Assembly (NCBI GenBank): GCA_022599515.1
Contig: JAHZMC010000021.1
Span: forward strand, 8,708 to 72,707
DNA length: 64,000 nucleotides
DNA from: Betaproteobacteria bacterium
GTDB taxonomy: Bacteria > Pseudomonadota > Gammaproteobacteria > Burkholderiales > Methylophilaceae
Direction of reading: 5' to 3'
Under the pieces are notes generated by a model, which saw only the letters and a program-made list of their open reading frames with translations, did no database searches and was not told the origin of the DNA. Below, piece after piece: positions 43,647-52,034 of the stretch (within the stretch, counting starts at the first letter, position 1; every line of letters starts with the position of its first letter). The position numbers and the translations under genes were made by a program.

Positions 43647-45401
43647 ATGCAAACAATCAAGAAACTATTTAACAAGTCACTTTTTAGCAAGCTAGCAATT
43701 AACCCATCATCGTTAATGTCGTTTTTACTCTTTTGGTATCTCACCAGTATCACGCAATTGCTCATTAGTTTATCGGGTGCTGCCTCGTTTGAAGGCTTTA
43801 AAGATGCCACCATTACGGCATTTTTATGGATGATTCCTGTGCTGTTATTTCCGCAGCAGGTAAAAAGAATTACCGCAAGTTTAGGCATTATGCTTTGGCT
43901 ATTTGCGTTGCCTGGCTTTGGTTATTACCTTATTTATCATCAAGAATTAACGCAAAGTTTGATGTTTATTATTTTCGAATCTAATCAATCCGAATCAACC
44001 GAATATTTACAAAATTATTTGTCCATTGGGATTGTTTTAAGCTATATCGCGTTTACCTTAGTGCCTCTTTATATTTGGACAACAATAAAGCCTTATGAAA
44101 GCACAAGAAAACCAGCCAATATCACCAGCTTCATTTTAATAACACTTATTTTTATGACGCCTGTGAAACGTGCAATTCAATATGGTGACATTAATGCAGC
44201 TTATAAAAATTTAAATCGCCATTTGTCAGCGGCGCCGCCATGGCAACTTGGATTTGGCTACAGCAATTATCAGCGAGAGTTAAAAGAAGTCGAAGCACAA
44301 CTGCTCAATTTAAACAAAATTCCAGCGCTCAAAAATTTTACAGAAACGAAAAAAGAACTGCCGACAACAGTTGTGCTGGTGATTGGTGAATCGACGACGC
44401 GCGTACACATGGGCTTGTACGGCTATGGCCGAGACACGACGCCAAAACTTTCTAGCATGAAAGATGAATTAATGGTTTTTGACAATGTATTTGCATCCAG
44501 ACCAAATACGATTGAGAGTTTGGAGCAAGTGCTCACTTTCGCCAATCAAGCCCAGCCTGATTTATATAAAACCACGCCTTCTTTAATCGCCATGATGAAG
44601 CAAGCGGGTTATAAAACCTATTGGATTACCAATCAGCAAACGCTCACACAACGTAATACTATGCTCACCACGTTTGCCAAGCAAGCAGATGAACAGGTGT
44701 TTTTGAATCATGGGCGCCGTCAAAATTCTTATAGTTTTGATGCCAAAGTATTGGCACCATTTGCCGAGAAATTGCTTAAACAAGATGAAAAGAAACTCAT
44801 CATCGTCCATTTGCTCGGTACCCATATGAAGTACGCCTATCGATATCCAGCGGACTACAACTTTTTTAATAATGCAGAAGGTATACCTGAAGTCATTTCT
44901 GCCGATTCTGACAAAGTGACACTGGTGAATGAGTATGATAATGCCGTTCGTTATAACGATTACATTGTGCACGCACTGATTCAACAATTGAAACAATCAA
45001 CTGCAAGTGCTACACAGAGCTTATTGGTTTATTTTTCTGATCATGGAGAAGATGTCTATGACTCGGCGCCACACGCATTTAAAGGGCGCAATGAAGGCGC
45101 GCCAACCTACCCCATGTATGCCGTGCCATTTATCGTATGGCATTCGCCAAACTGGCAAAACGCGCAACAGCTAGCGGATTCTGCAATCCGTCACCGCCAG
45201 TATGATAATGCTGATTTTATTTACACGTGGTCAGATTTAATTGGGCTGACCTACGATGGTTATCGCGCAGATGAAAGTCTTATCAATAACGCATTTGGCG
45301 AAGATACCATCCTAGTAGGCGATCCTTATCATGGCAATTTGCACGTGCTCGATGGCACGATTAAACCAGTGAATCTGCCAGTGAATACGCAGAAAAACTA
45401 G
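43647..45401 (+). CDS. cptA: Phosphoethanolamine transferase, CptA/EptC type (LPS core heptose)
   Basis: Similar along its length to E. coli CptA as I recall it (..VLVIGESTTR..LYGY.R.TTP..., MKQAGYKTYWITNQQT, LIIVHLLGTHMKYAYRYP, YFSDHGE). It has an N-terminal TM domain and a sulfatase-fold domain. Confidence 0.85.
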   Translation: MQTIKKLFNKSLFSKLAINPSSLMSFLLFWYLTSITQLLISLSGAASFEGFKDATITAFLWMIPVLLFPQQVKRITASLGIMLWLFALPGFGYYLIYHQELTQSLMFIIFESNQSESTEYLQNYLSIGIVLSYIAFTLVPLYIWTTIKPYESTRKPANITSFILITLIFMTPVKRAIQYGDINAAYKNLNRHLSAAPPWQLGFGYSNYQRELKEVEAQLLNLNKIPALKNFTETKKELPTTVVLVIGESTTRVHMGLYGYGRDTTPKLSSMKDELMVFDNVFASRPNTIESLEQVLTFANQAQPDLYKTTPSLIAMMKQAGYKTYWITNQQTLTQRNTMLTTFAKQADEQVFLNHGRRQNSYSFDAKVLAPFAEKLLKQDEKKLIIVHLLGTHMKYAYRYPADYNFFNNAEGIPEVISADSDKVTLVNEYDNAVRYNDYIVHALIQQLKQSTASATQSLLVYFSDHGEDVYDSAPHAFKGRNEGAPTYPMYAVPFIVWHSPNWQNAQQLADSAIRHRQYDNADFIYTWSDLIGLTYDGYRADESLINNAFGEDTILVGDPYHGNLHVLDGTIKPVNLPVNTQKN

Positions 45402-45458
45402 CTTTAACCAAAACGCTAGCTAGGCCTATCGTCACGCCCATTCAGTAGCAACGTTAAC

Positions 45459-45520
45459 GCCTGCATTATTTGCATTACCTATAGCATTAGTCTCAATGGA
45501 TGCATGCAAAAGTTGCAGGC
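45459..45520. promoter_or_regulatory. Paired TGCA-N5-TGCA boxes (candidate enhancer/UAS) upstream of the methyltransferase-PAP2-eptA operon
   Basis: GCCTGCAttaTTTGCAT (45459-45475) and ATGCAAAagtTGCAGGC (45504-45520) form a 17-nt imperfect inverted pair (14/17), 28 nt apart. Confidence 0.5.
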
Positions 45521-45604
45521 TTCAATCCTATTTCACTATGCTTTAATTTTATTAAAGTCAAAATAAACAATAGGTTAAAAGATATTTTATTCAATTATTA
45601 CAGT

Positions 45605-45620
45605 TGGCATGCCGCTTGCT
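45605..45620 (+). promoter_or_regulatory. Candidate sigma-54 (-24/-12) promoter of the methyltransferase-PAP2-eptA operon
   Basis: TGGCATgccgcTTGCT is near-identical to the TGGCAC-N5-TTGCW consensus. It lies 40 nt before the ATG at 45660, with AAGGGA as the RBS. Confidence 0.65.
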
Positions 45621-45659
45621 CAATAGCCTTAGTCAGTGAACAAACACTAAGGGAAATAA

Positions 45660-46355
45660 ATGTTTAACCATGCAGGTAAAGCAGAACCGCAAGCCGAAGC
45701 AACATTAGCTTTCTCTAACAAATACGACCAACAACATGCGCAACAATATTTTGAAAAACATGATGATGGTATTTGGCGCAAACTATCCAATTGGCGCGAT
45801 CAGCAAATTGCTAGAAAAGCACTCAAAATAGCGGGCAATCCAAAATCGGTACTTGATACACCCTGCGGCACAGGTCGCTTTTGGGGTGTGCTTGCGGAAA
45901 ATAACAATAGAATTATTCACGCTAGTGATTACAAACAAACCATGATTGATGTTGGCGTGCTTAATCGTCCGCAATCAATCACTAAACGAATCAAACATTT
46001 TCAAGCCTCGGCGTTTGAATTGCCAGTGCCAGATCAATTTGTAGACAGTATTTTTTGCATGCGCTTCATACACCATTTGGGCGAATCTGCAGACAGAGTA
46101 AGGTTGCTAAAAGAGTTTCACCGCGTAACAAAAGAAACAGTGATTATTTCACTTTGGGTTGATGGCAATATCAAAGCAAAAAGAAGGTTGGCACTTGATC
46201 AAAAACGTCCTCCAAAAACGTATCAAAATCGCTTCGTTATTCCAGCTAAAACAATTGAAGAGGAGTTTAGAGCAAACGGATTTACAGTTATTGAAAAGCT
46301 TGATTTTTTAAAGCATTACCATATGTGGCGCACTTATGTAGTGCGTAAAGTCTAA
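45660..46355 (+). CDS. Class I SAM-dependent methyltransferase
   Basis: Motif I VLDTPCGTGRF with downstream motifs. 231 aa and soluble. Confidence 0.8.
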   Translation: MFNHAGKAEPQAEATLAFSNKYDQQHAQQYFEKHDDGIWRKLSNWRDQQIARKALKIAGNPKSVLDTPCGTGRFWGVLAENNNRIIHASDYKQTMIDVGVLNRPQSITKRIKHFQASAFELPVPDQFVDSIFCMRFIHHLGESADRVRLLKEFHRVTKETVIISLWVDGNIKAKRRLALDQKRPPKTYQNRFVIPAKTIEEEFRANGFTVIEKLDFLKHYHMWRTYVVRKV

Positions 46356-46373
46356 AACAGGTATAGTAATAAC

Positions 46374-47069
46374 ATGTTTTCTTTTAAAACGCTCAGAACA
46401 GCACTTTTTGTATTGTTATTCTCAGGTGTATTTTTTGCAGTAATCTCTCAGTTTACCAGCATTGATGTGAACATCGAAGATTACTATTACGACGCTCAGA
46501 AACACCAATTTATTTGGAAAAATAGCTGGTTTGCAAAGCAATTGATGCATACCTATGTCAAAGACGTGATTATCGTATTAGCGCTATTGCTTATCATTGT
46601 TGTAGTGGTCGATATAGGCAAACCAATCAGCAAAATAAGCGCATGGACGCGCATTAGGCTGCGGTTTGTAAGCGTTGCAGCGATTGTTATTCCCTCTTTT
46701 ATCTCTAGCGCAAAACAACTGTCAGTCATGCATTGCCCATGGGATGTTGAGCGCTATGGCGGTGCCGTGCCTTATCTAAGACTATTTGACATGATGCCAG
46801 CGCATATAAAAGCAGGTCATTGCTTTCCCGCAGGACATGCTTCAACAGGCTTGTGGTTGGCGGCATTTTGCGTCTTTTGGTTACCTTACCATCCGCGCAA
46901 GGCATTGCTGGTTTTTTTAGCGGGCTTGGGCGTTGGGTTTGTACTCGGCTGGGTGCAACAAATGCGGGGCGCGCACTTTCTTTCTCACACTTTATGGTCA
47001 GTGTGGATAGCCAGCGCCATTATTCTGCTCATGCTCTGTGTTAGCCAGTCATTCATCAATCGTCATTAA
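46374..47069 (+). CDS. PAP2 superfamily membrane phosphatase (LpxE/PgpB-like)
   Basis: Polytopic protein with PAP2 C2/C3-like motifs (FPAGHAS, MRGAHFLSHTLWS). Adjacent to eptA. Confidence 0.8.
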   Translation: MFSFKTLRTALFVLLFSGVFFAVISQFTSIDVNIEDYYYDAQKHQFIWKNSWFAKQLMHTYVKDVIIVLALLLIIVVVVDIGKPISKISAWTRIRLRFVSVAAIVIPSFISSAKQLSVMHCPWDVERYGGAVPYLRLFDMMPAHIKAGHCFPAGHASTGLWLAAFCVFWLPYHPRKALLVFLAGLGVGFVLGWVQQMRGAHFLSHTLWSVWIASAIILLMLCVSQSFINRH

Positions 47070-47086
47070 TTTTACAGAAACAAGTT

Positions 47087-48730
47087 ATGCTCAATACTCG
47101 CTTTACTAAACTCATCAATTCACAAACAGGCGCTATTTTCTTGGTTGTATTGTTTGTGATGCTTACCGCTAATATGTCGCTCTTTCAGCATATTGTAGAA
47201 ATTTACCCACTCAATCTGCGCAATATCCCGTTTTTAATTTCATTATCTATTTTTTTCAGCTTATTAACGGCTTTGTTTTTCATGGCAATTAGCTTCGGTA
47301 GAAAAGGTCGCTGGCTGATTGCTTTGCTATTAATCATCAGCGCGCAAGCCGCTTATTATATGGATAATTTCGGTGTATTGATGGATAGCGTGATGATAGA
47401 CAATATCATACATACCGACGCTAAAGAGGTGGAAGGTTTAGTGAATGTTGGTATGGTGATGCATCTCTTGTTGCTAGGCGTCTTGCCTGCTTGGTTGGTG
47501 ATTCGATATTGGCCAACAGTGAACAATATCAGTGCTGAGATTAAAACGCGGTTTTTGTGTTTATTGCTATTGATTATTGCACTTGTTGTCGTGGTATTGC
47601 CATTTACGGCGGGTTATACCAGCTTTATCCGTGAACATAAAATCACCCGTTTTTATGCTAATCCTACCTACCCAGTTTATTCATTAATCAAATATGCGCA
47701 ATTACAATTAAAGGACAAACAACAAGCTGACATCACAAAAACGGCAAATGATGCTCAATTTACAGAGGGGAGTATTAAAAATGAATTGGTGATTATGGTT
47801 GTTGGTGAAACCGCGCGAGCGGATAGATTCTCACTCAATGGCTATCACAAAGAGACAAACCCGCGCTTAGCAAAAGAAGATATTGTGAACTTTACCAATG
47901 TGAGTTCATGCGGTACTTCTACTGGCGTTTCAGTTCCGTGTATGTTTTCAGAATTAGGTCGAAAAGACTACGACAAGCAGAAAGCATTAAACCAAGAAAA
48001 TATATTGGATGTGTTAGCGAAAAACGGTATAGAAGTGTTATGGCGTGATAACAATTCAGATTCAAAAGGCGTTGCGACTAGGGTTCAATACGAGGATTTC
48101 AAAACGCCGACTCACAATCCTGTTTGTGAAGGTGAATGCAGAGACATTGGTATGTTGAGTGGGTTGGATGCTTATATAGCTTCTAAAAAAGGCAAAGATA
48201 TCATGATTGTGTTGCATCAAATGGGCAATCATGGCCCTGAATATTATCGCCGCTATCCAAAAGCATTCGCAAAATTTCAACCAATGTGTATGACAGGTGA
48301 ATTAAGAGATTGCACAAAAGAAGAGGTAAATAATAGTTACGATAATGCGATTTTATATACGGATTATTTTTTATCAGAAGTCATTCAATTCTTAAAAAAA
48401 TACGATGACGATTATGAAACGGCGATGTTGTATGTATCTGATCATGGTGAATCGCTAGGTGAAAATGGCGTTTGGTTGCATGCCGCACCTTATATGATGG
48501 CGCCAAAGACGCAAACGCATGTGCCAGCTATTTTGTGGTTAGGACAACACTTTGATTACAACATATCGCAAGCGGAAGTTTATAAAGACGCGCCATTAAG
48601 TCACGATGATTTATTTTGCACCTTACTCATCGCTTATGAGCTGGATGCGAAAACCTGTATTGCAAAAAGAGAGATGCTCATGAATAACTTAGCTATTCAA
48701 GCAGCGTTAACTATTGAGAAAAGGCGATAG
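47087..48730 (+). CDS. eptA: Phosphoethanolamine--lipid A transferase
   Basis: Five N-terminal TM helices and a sulfatase domain with EptA motifs (VVGETARADRFSLNGY, SCGTSTGVSVPCMFS, HQMGNHGPEYYRRYP, VSDHGESLGE). Confidence 0.88.
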   Translation: MLNTRFTKLINSQTGAIFLVVLFVMLTANMSLFQHIVEIYPLNLRNIPFLISLSIFFSLLTALFFMAISFGRKGRWLIALLLIISAQAAYYMDNFGVLMDSVMIDNIIHTDAKEVEGLVNVGMVMHLLLLGVLPAWLVIRYWPTVNNISAEIKTRFLCLLLLIIALVVVVLPFTAGYTSFIREHKITRFYANPTYPVYSLIKYAQLQLKDKQQADITKTANDAQFTEGSIKNELVIMVVGETARADRFSLNGYHKETNPRLAKEDIVNFTNVSSCGTSTGVSVPCMFSELGRKDYDKQKALNQENILDVLAKNGIEVLWRDNNSDSKGVATRVQYEDFKTPTHNPVCEGECRDIGMLSGLDAYIASKKGKDIMIVLHQMGNHGPEYYRRYPKAFAKFQPMCMTGELRDCTKEEVNNSYDNAILYTDYFLSEVIQFLKKYDDDYETAMLYVSDHGESLGENGVWLHAAPYMMAPKTQTHVPAILWLGQHFDYNISQAEVYKDAPLSHDDLFCTLLIAYELDAKTCIAKREMLMNNLAIQAALTIEKRR

Positions 48731-48771
48731 GGTAAAAACGATAATTAATTTCAAAAATATTGTTCACTTCA

Positions 48772-49266
48772 TTATTTTTCGCAACTTTGCAGTGACGGTT
48801 TGCTTTTGAGTATCTCGCCACCAGGCATGAGCCAAAATAAGCTTTGAACACGCTCATCCAGATTGCAAGCGTTAACATAACCGATAGCGCCTTTTGTGTT
48901 CGAAACATAGCGCAATACGGCTTCCTCTGAGTTAACAGAATAAGGGGGCAGTATCCCGTTAAAGTATTGACCGTTCCAATAATCAATTTGTGTTTCTGGT
49001 GAGCCACCTAAAACCGCTTCTGAAAATTGTATTCTTACGGCATTTTTCGCATTTAAATTGACGGGTTTAATTTGTATACCTTGCGGCCAAAAAAGTTGCT
49101 TACGCCAATAAATTAAATTTAAATTCTTGGCGCTCAGATTAAGTTCGCTAGCCTTTTGCTGGCTCGAAACAACCACAGCGATAATAGTTTGATTTTCCTT
49201 TGCTAAGGAAAGGCTGGGCAATATCATTGCACTTGCTACAATAAGAAACAAGAAGCGCCTATACAT
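48772..49266 (-). CDS. Small periplasmic PBP-like (PstS-type half-domain) protein
   Basis: Signal peptide and a PBP-like pattern (LNLIYWRKQLFWPQGIQIKPV..., GAIGYV). Its start overlaps the stop of the upstream barrel gene (TAATG). Confidence 0.6.
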   Translation of the reverse strand: MYRRFLFLIVASAMILPSLSLAKENQTIIAVVVSSQQKASELNLSAKNLNLIYWRKQLFWPQGIQIKPVNLNAKNAVRIQFSEAVLGGSPETQIDYWNGQYFNGILPPYSVNSEEAVLRYVSNTKGAIGYVNACNLDERVQSLFWLMPGGEILKSKPSLQSCEK

Positions 49267-50264
49267 TAGAAGAACAATGCAAATGAAGTTAAGAAACCAC
49301 GAGGTGATTCAGGCTGATCTCCGCTGCCACCAGTAAACTCAAACTTTAATAGTTGCGTGGGCTTAATGCGCCAAGTGGCGCCAACTAACCAGCGCTCTGC
49401 CGTTGCTTCATCTGGTCGTTGCAGGGTTTCTACACGGGTAATCCAATACCAATTATTAAAGCCGATTGGCTTTAAAGGCACGGCAGATTGTAGATAGGCG
49501 CCGCTACCGCCATCCTTATTTCTTATATCAAAGCGCTGAAAAAATTCACCACTGACTTCTACCTGTTTAATATGAGTAATAAAGTCTAAGCCAAGCATGC
49601 GGTAACTATTATCAATGCCCTTTTCGCGGAATGATAATATCGAGATGCCAATATCCGATTGATTTTTATAGCTAAATCTGGCCCCTTTTACATGCTCAAA
49701 GGCTAATTCATCTCCATCTTGCTGTTGGTCTTCTAACAATTCAGCAAAGATTTTGTATTCAAATGCACCATTCATAAATGGGGTTGCACCAAAAACCATG
49801 ACACCATTAGTGCCTTCTGGGAAAAGTCTAGAAGTGGCTAATGGACGTGTGCTGGTCCAAACGAGTGGAGGTGCGTGTAAAAGATTCCAGCGGCTATTTG
49901 GGGTTAAAAATCGTCCACCGCGAAAATTGACTTTTTCTGTGATGTTGTAATCTAAGTAAAGCCGCTCTAAATCAAAACGAGATTCCTGGTCGTGAAATTG
50001 CCGCTCATCATTCCAAGATAATGGATTTTCAAGTTCCAGTTCACCAAAAAAACTTAAACGACTATCGCCATTCCATGTCACCAGTAAACTGACTTCATTC
50101 AACGCTGCTTGGGCTTCTTGATCTCTTTCTAATGTCAGGCCAGCACTGGAGTAACCGCCGATATTAAACCCATCAAGCCAGCTAGGTGTATCATCAGCAA
50201 ATACGTGCTTGCACAGACAGAGCAGGCTAGCTAAACTGGTGAATATAATGATAAATTTTTTCAT
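49266..50264 (-). CDS. Uncharacterised outer-membrane beta-barrel (porin-like) protein
   Basis: Signal peptide (..CKHVFA/DD), alternating amphipathic strands and a C-terminal aromatic residue (..SFALFF). Confidence 0.6.
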   Translation of the reverse strand: MKKFIIIFTSLASLLCLCKHVFADDTPSWLDGFNIGGYSSAGLTLERDQEAQAALNEVSLLVTWNGDSRLSFFGELELENPLSWNDERQFHDQESRFDLERLYLDYNITEKVNFRGGRFLTPNSRWNLLHAPPLVWTSTRPLATSRLFPEGTNGVMVFGATPFMNGAFEYKIFAELLEDQQQDGDELAFEHVKGARFSYKNQSDIGISILSFREKGIDNSYRMLGLDFITHIKQVEVSGEFFQRFDIRNKDGGSGAYLQSAVPLKPIGFNNWYWITRVETLQRPDEATAERWLVGATWRIKPTQLLKFEFTGGSGDQPESPRGFLTSFALFF

Positions 50265-50364
50265 ATTGATTTCAATTGTTGGATCTTTAACGCTTACTCT
50301 GCGTAATAAGAAGACCGCGTCAAATGGAATTGTCTCATTACATGCTTAATAAAAGAAATAATCA

Positions 50365-52032
50365 ATGTTAAAAAGATTAAGTATTAAGCAATTATTGTTG
50401 CTGGCCTTTTTGTTAGCGGGCTTGCTGCCGGCGATGTTAGTCAGTTTTTTAAGTTTCTATCAAAGCCGTTCTGTTCTCAAGCAAGAAATTACGCGTGATA
50501 TGCAAACATTGAGCACGGCAGTTGCCAATGATATGGAGCGCATGATGTTTGAACGTTTGCGCAATGTGCAATCATGGAGTCAGCTCTCTATTATGCAAGA
50601 GCTCAAAATTGGGGATATTGATAAACGCTTATCTGTTTTTTTGAATGGTTTAGCACAGAGTTACGGCAATATTTACCATGTCATTTATGTTGAAGATTTG
50701 CAACATAGGGTGATTGCCAGCAGTAATGCTAAGAAAATCGGACTACAAAATCAGCCTCAGCCGCCTTGGTTTTCTGCCAGCTTATCTGGCAGGTCATTAA
50801 GTATTGCTAAAATCAACGGCAATGTTTTAGCGATTTCTGCAGAAATTATTGATGAAACGACCAACATTCCTATGGGTCAGCTTGTGGTCGAATTTAACTG
50901 GGATATCGTGCAAAATGCACTGAATAATGTGATCAAAAAACCAACAGCAGCAGCATTGCTAGATACGAATGGCAATGTGTTGGCGGCGACCTCAAATTGG
51001 GCAGAAATTCATTCTGGATATGGTATGTATGCGATTAGTCAATTTAGTCAGCAATCACCAATGCCCCAATGGCGGGTGCAAGTTGAAAAGCTACACTCCA
51101 TAGCAGTCGCGCCTGTACATAAATTGGGCCATATCTTTTTGGGTTTGTTGGCGGCAACTTTGCTATTGGCCGCGTTAATGGTCAGGCCGATTGCACAAGC
51201 TATTACGCAACCAATCTCGCAATTAACCCAATTTGTAAAAGGTTTTGCGCGACAAACAAAGGCGAAACCGCCACAGTCTGGGCCACCAGAAGTACGTGAG
51301 TTAGTCGCTGCTTTTGAAACGATGACAGAAGATTTAGCCAAGTCGCAAGAAAAGCTAACGCGCGCTGCAAAGCTAGCGGTTGTTGGTGAAATGGCTGCGG
51401 CGATGAGTCATGAAGTGCGCACGCCGCTAGGCATATTACGTTCTTCAGCGGATGTATTAAAGCGCGAAAAAACCTTATCTGACGAAGGTAGAGAAGTGCT
51501 GACGTTTATTGGCGCAGAAACAGAGCGGCTCAATAAATTAGTATCTACTTTAATTGATGCGGCGCGTCCGCGTTTGCCTATTTTTTCTCAGCTTAACTTA
51601 ACAGAATTAATCGCCAATACAGTCGCCATGTTGCGGAATCAAGCGCAGGCAAAACAGATTCATCTGACATTTGATCGCCAAACGCCGACGGTAACCGCAG
51701 CGGTTGATGCAGACCAAATGACGCAAGTCATGATGAATTTAATCATGAATGCAATACAAGTGTTGCCAGAAGGCGGACATATTATGATTGTGTTAGAACA
51801 TATCGGTCATCAAGCGGTGATTCGTGTGGAAGATGATGGCGAAGGGATTAGCGAGGAACATCAGGCGCAGATTTTTGAGCCATTTTTTACTAAACGTGCA
51901 GGCGGTGTTGGTTTGGGATTGGCGGTGGTGCGACAAATTGTATTGGCGCATGGCGGTGAAATTCATTATCAAACCAGCCAAATGCATGGCGCGCAGTTTA
52001 CAATTCTCATTCCAATACAACAGGCAAGTTAA
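50365..52032 (+). CDS. Sensor histidine kinase with a periplasmic (Cache-like) domain, HAMP, HisKA and HATPase domains
   Basis: Two TM segments flank a loop of about 230 aa. H-box (MSHEVRTPL) and N/G boxes (NLIMNAIQ, DDGEGI, GGVGLGLAV) are present. Confidence 0.88.
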   Translation: MLKRLSIKQLLLLAFLLAGLLPAMLVSFLSFYQSRSVLKQEITRDMQTLSTAVANDMERMMFERLRNVQSWSQLSIMQELKIGDIDKRLSVFLNGLAQSYGNIYHVIYVEDLQHRVIASSNAKKIGLQNQPQPPWFSASLSGRSLSIAKINGNVLAISAEIIDETTNIPMGQLVVEFNWDIVQNALNNVIKKPTAAALLDTNGNVLAATSNWAEIHSGYGMYAISQFSQQSPMPQWRVQVEKLHSIAVAPVHKLGHIFLGLLAATLLLAALMVRPIAQAITQPISQLTQFVKGFARQTKAKPPQSGPPEVRELVAAFETMTEDLAKSQEKLTRAAKLAVVGEMAAAMSHEVRTPLGILRSSADVLKREKTLSDEGREVLTFIGAETERLNKLVSTLIDAARPRLPIFSQLNLTELIANTVAMLRNQAQAKQIHLTFDRQTPTVTAAVDADQMTQVMMNLIMNAIQVLPEGGHIMIVLEHIGHQAVIRVEDDGEGISEEHQAQIFEPFFTKRAGGVGLGLAVVRQIVLAHGGEIHYQTSQMHGAQFTILIPIQQAS

Positions 52033-52034
52033 GC

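Noticed and set aside
50265-50364. Sigma-54 promoter or TGCA-box pair in the divergent barrel / histidine-kinase intergenic region
   Set aside because: I searched both strands. The only GG is followed by GC at N12 rather than N10, and no TGCA-N5-TGCA boxes are present.
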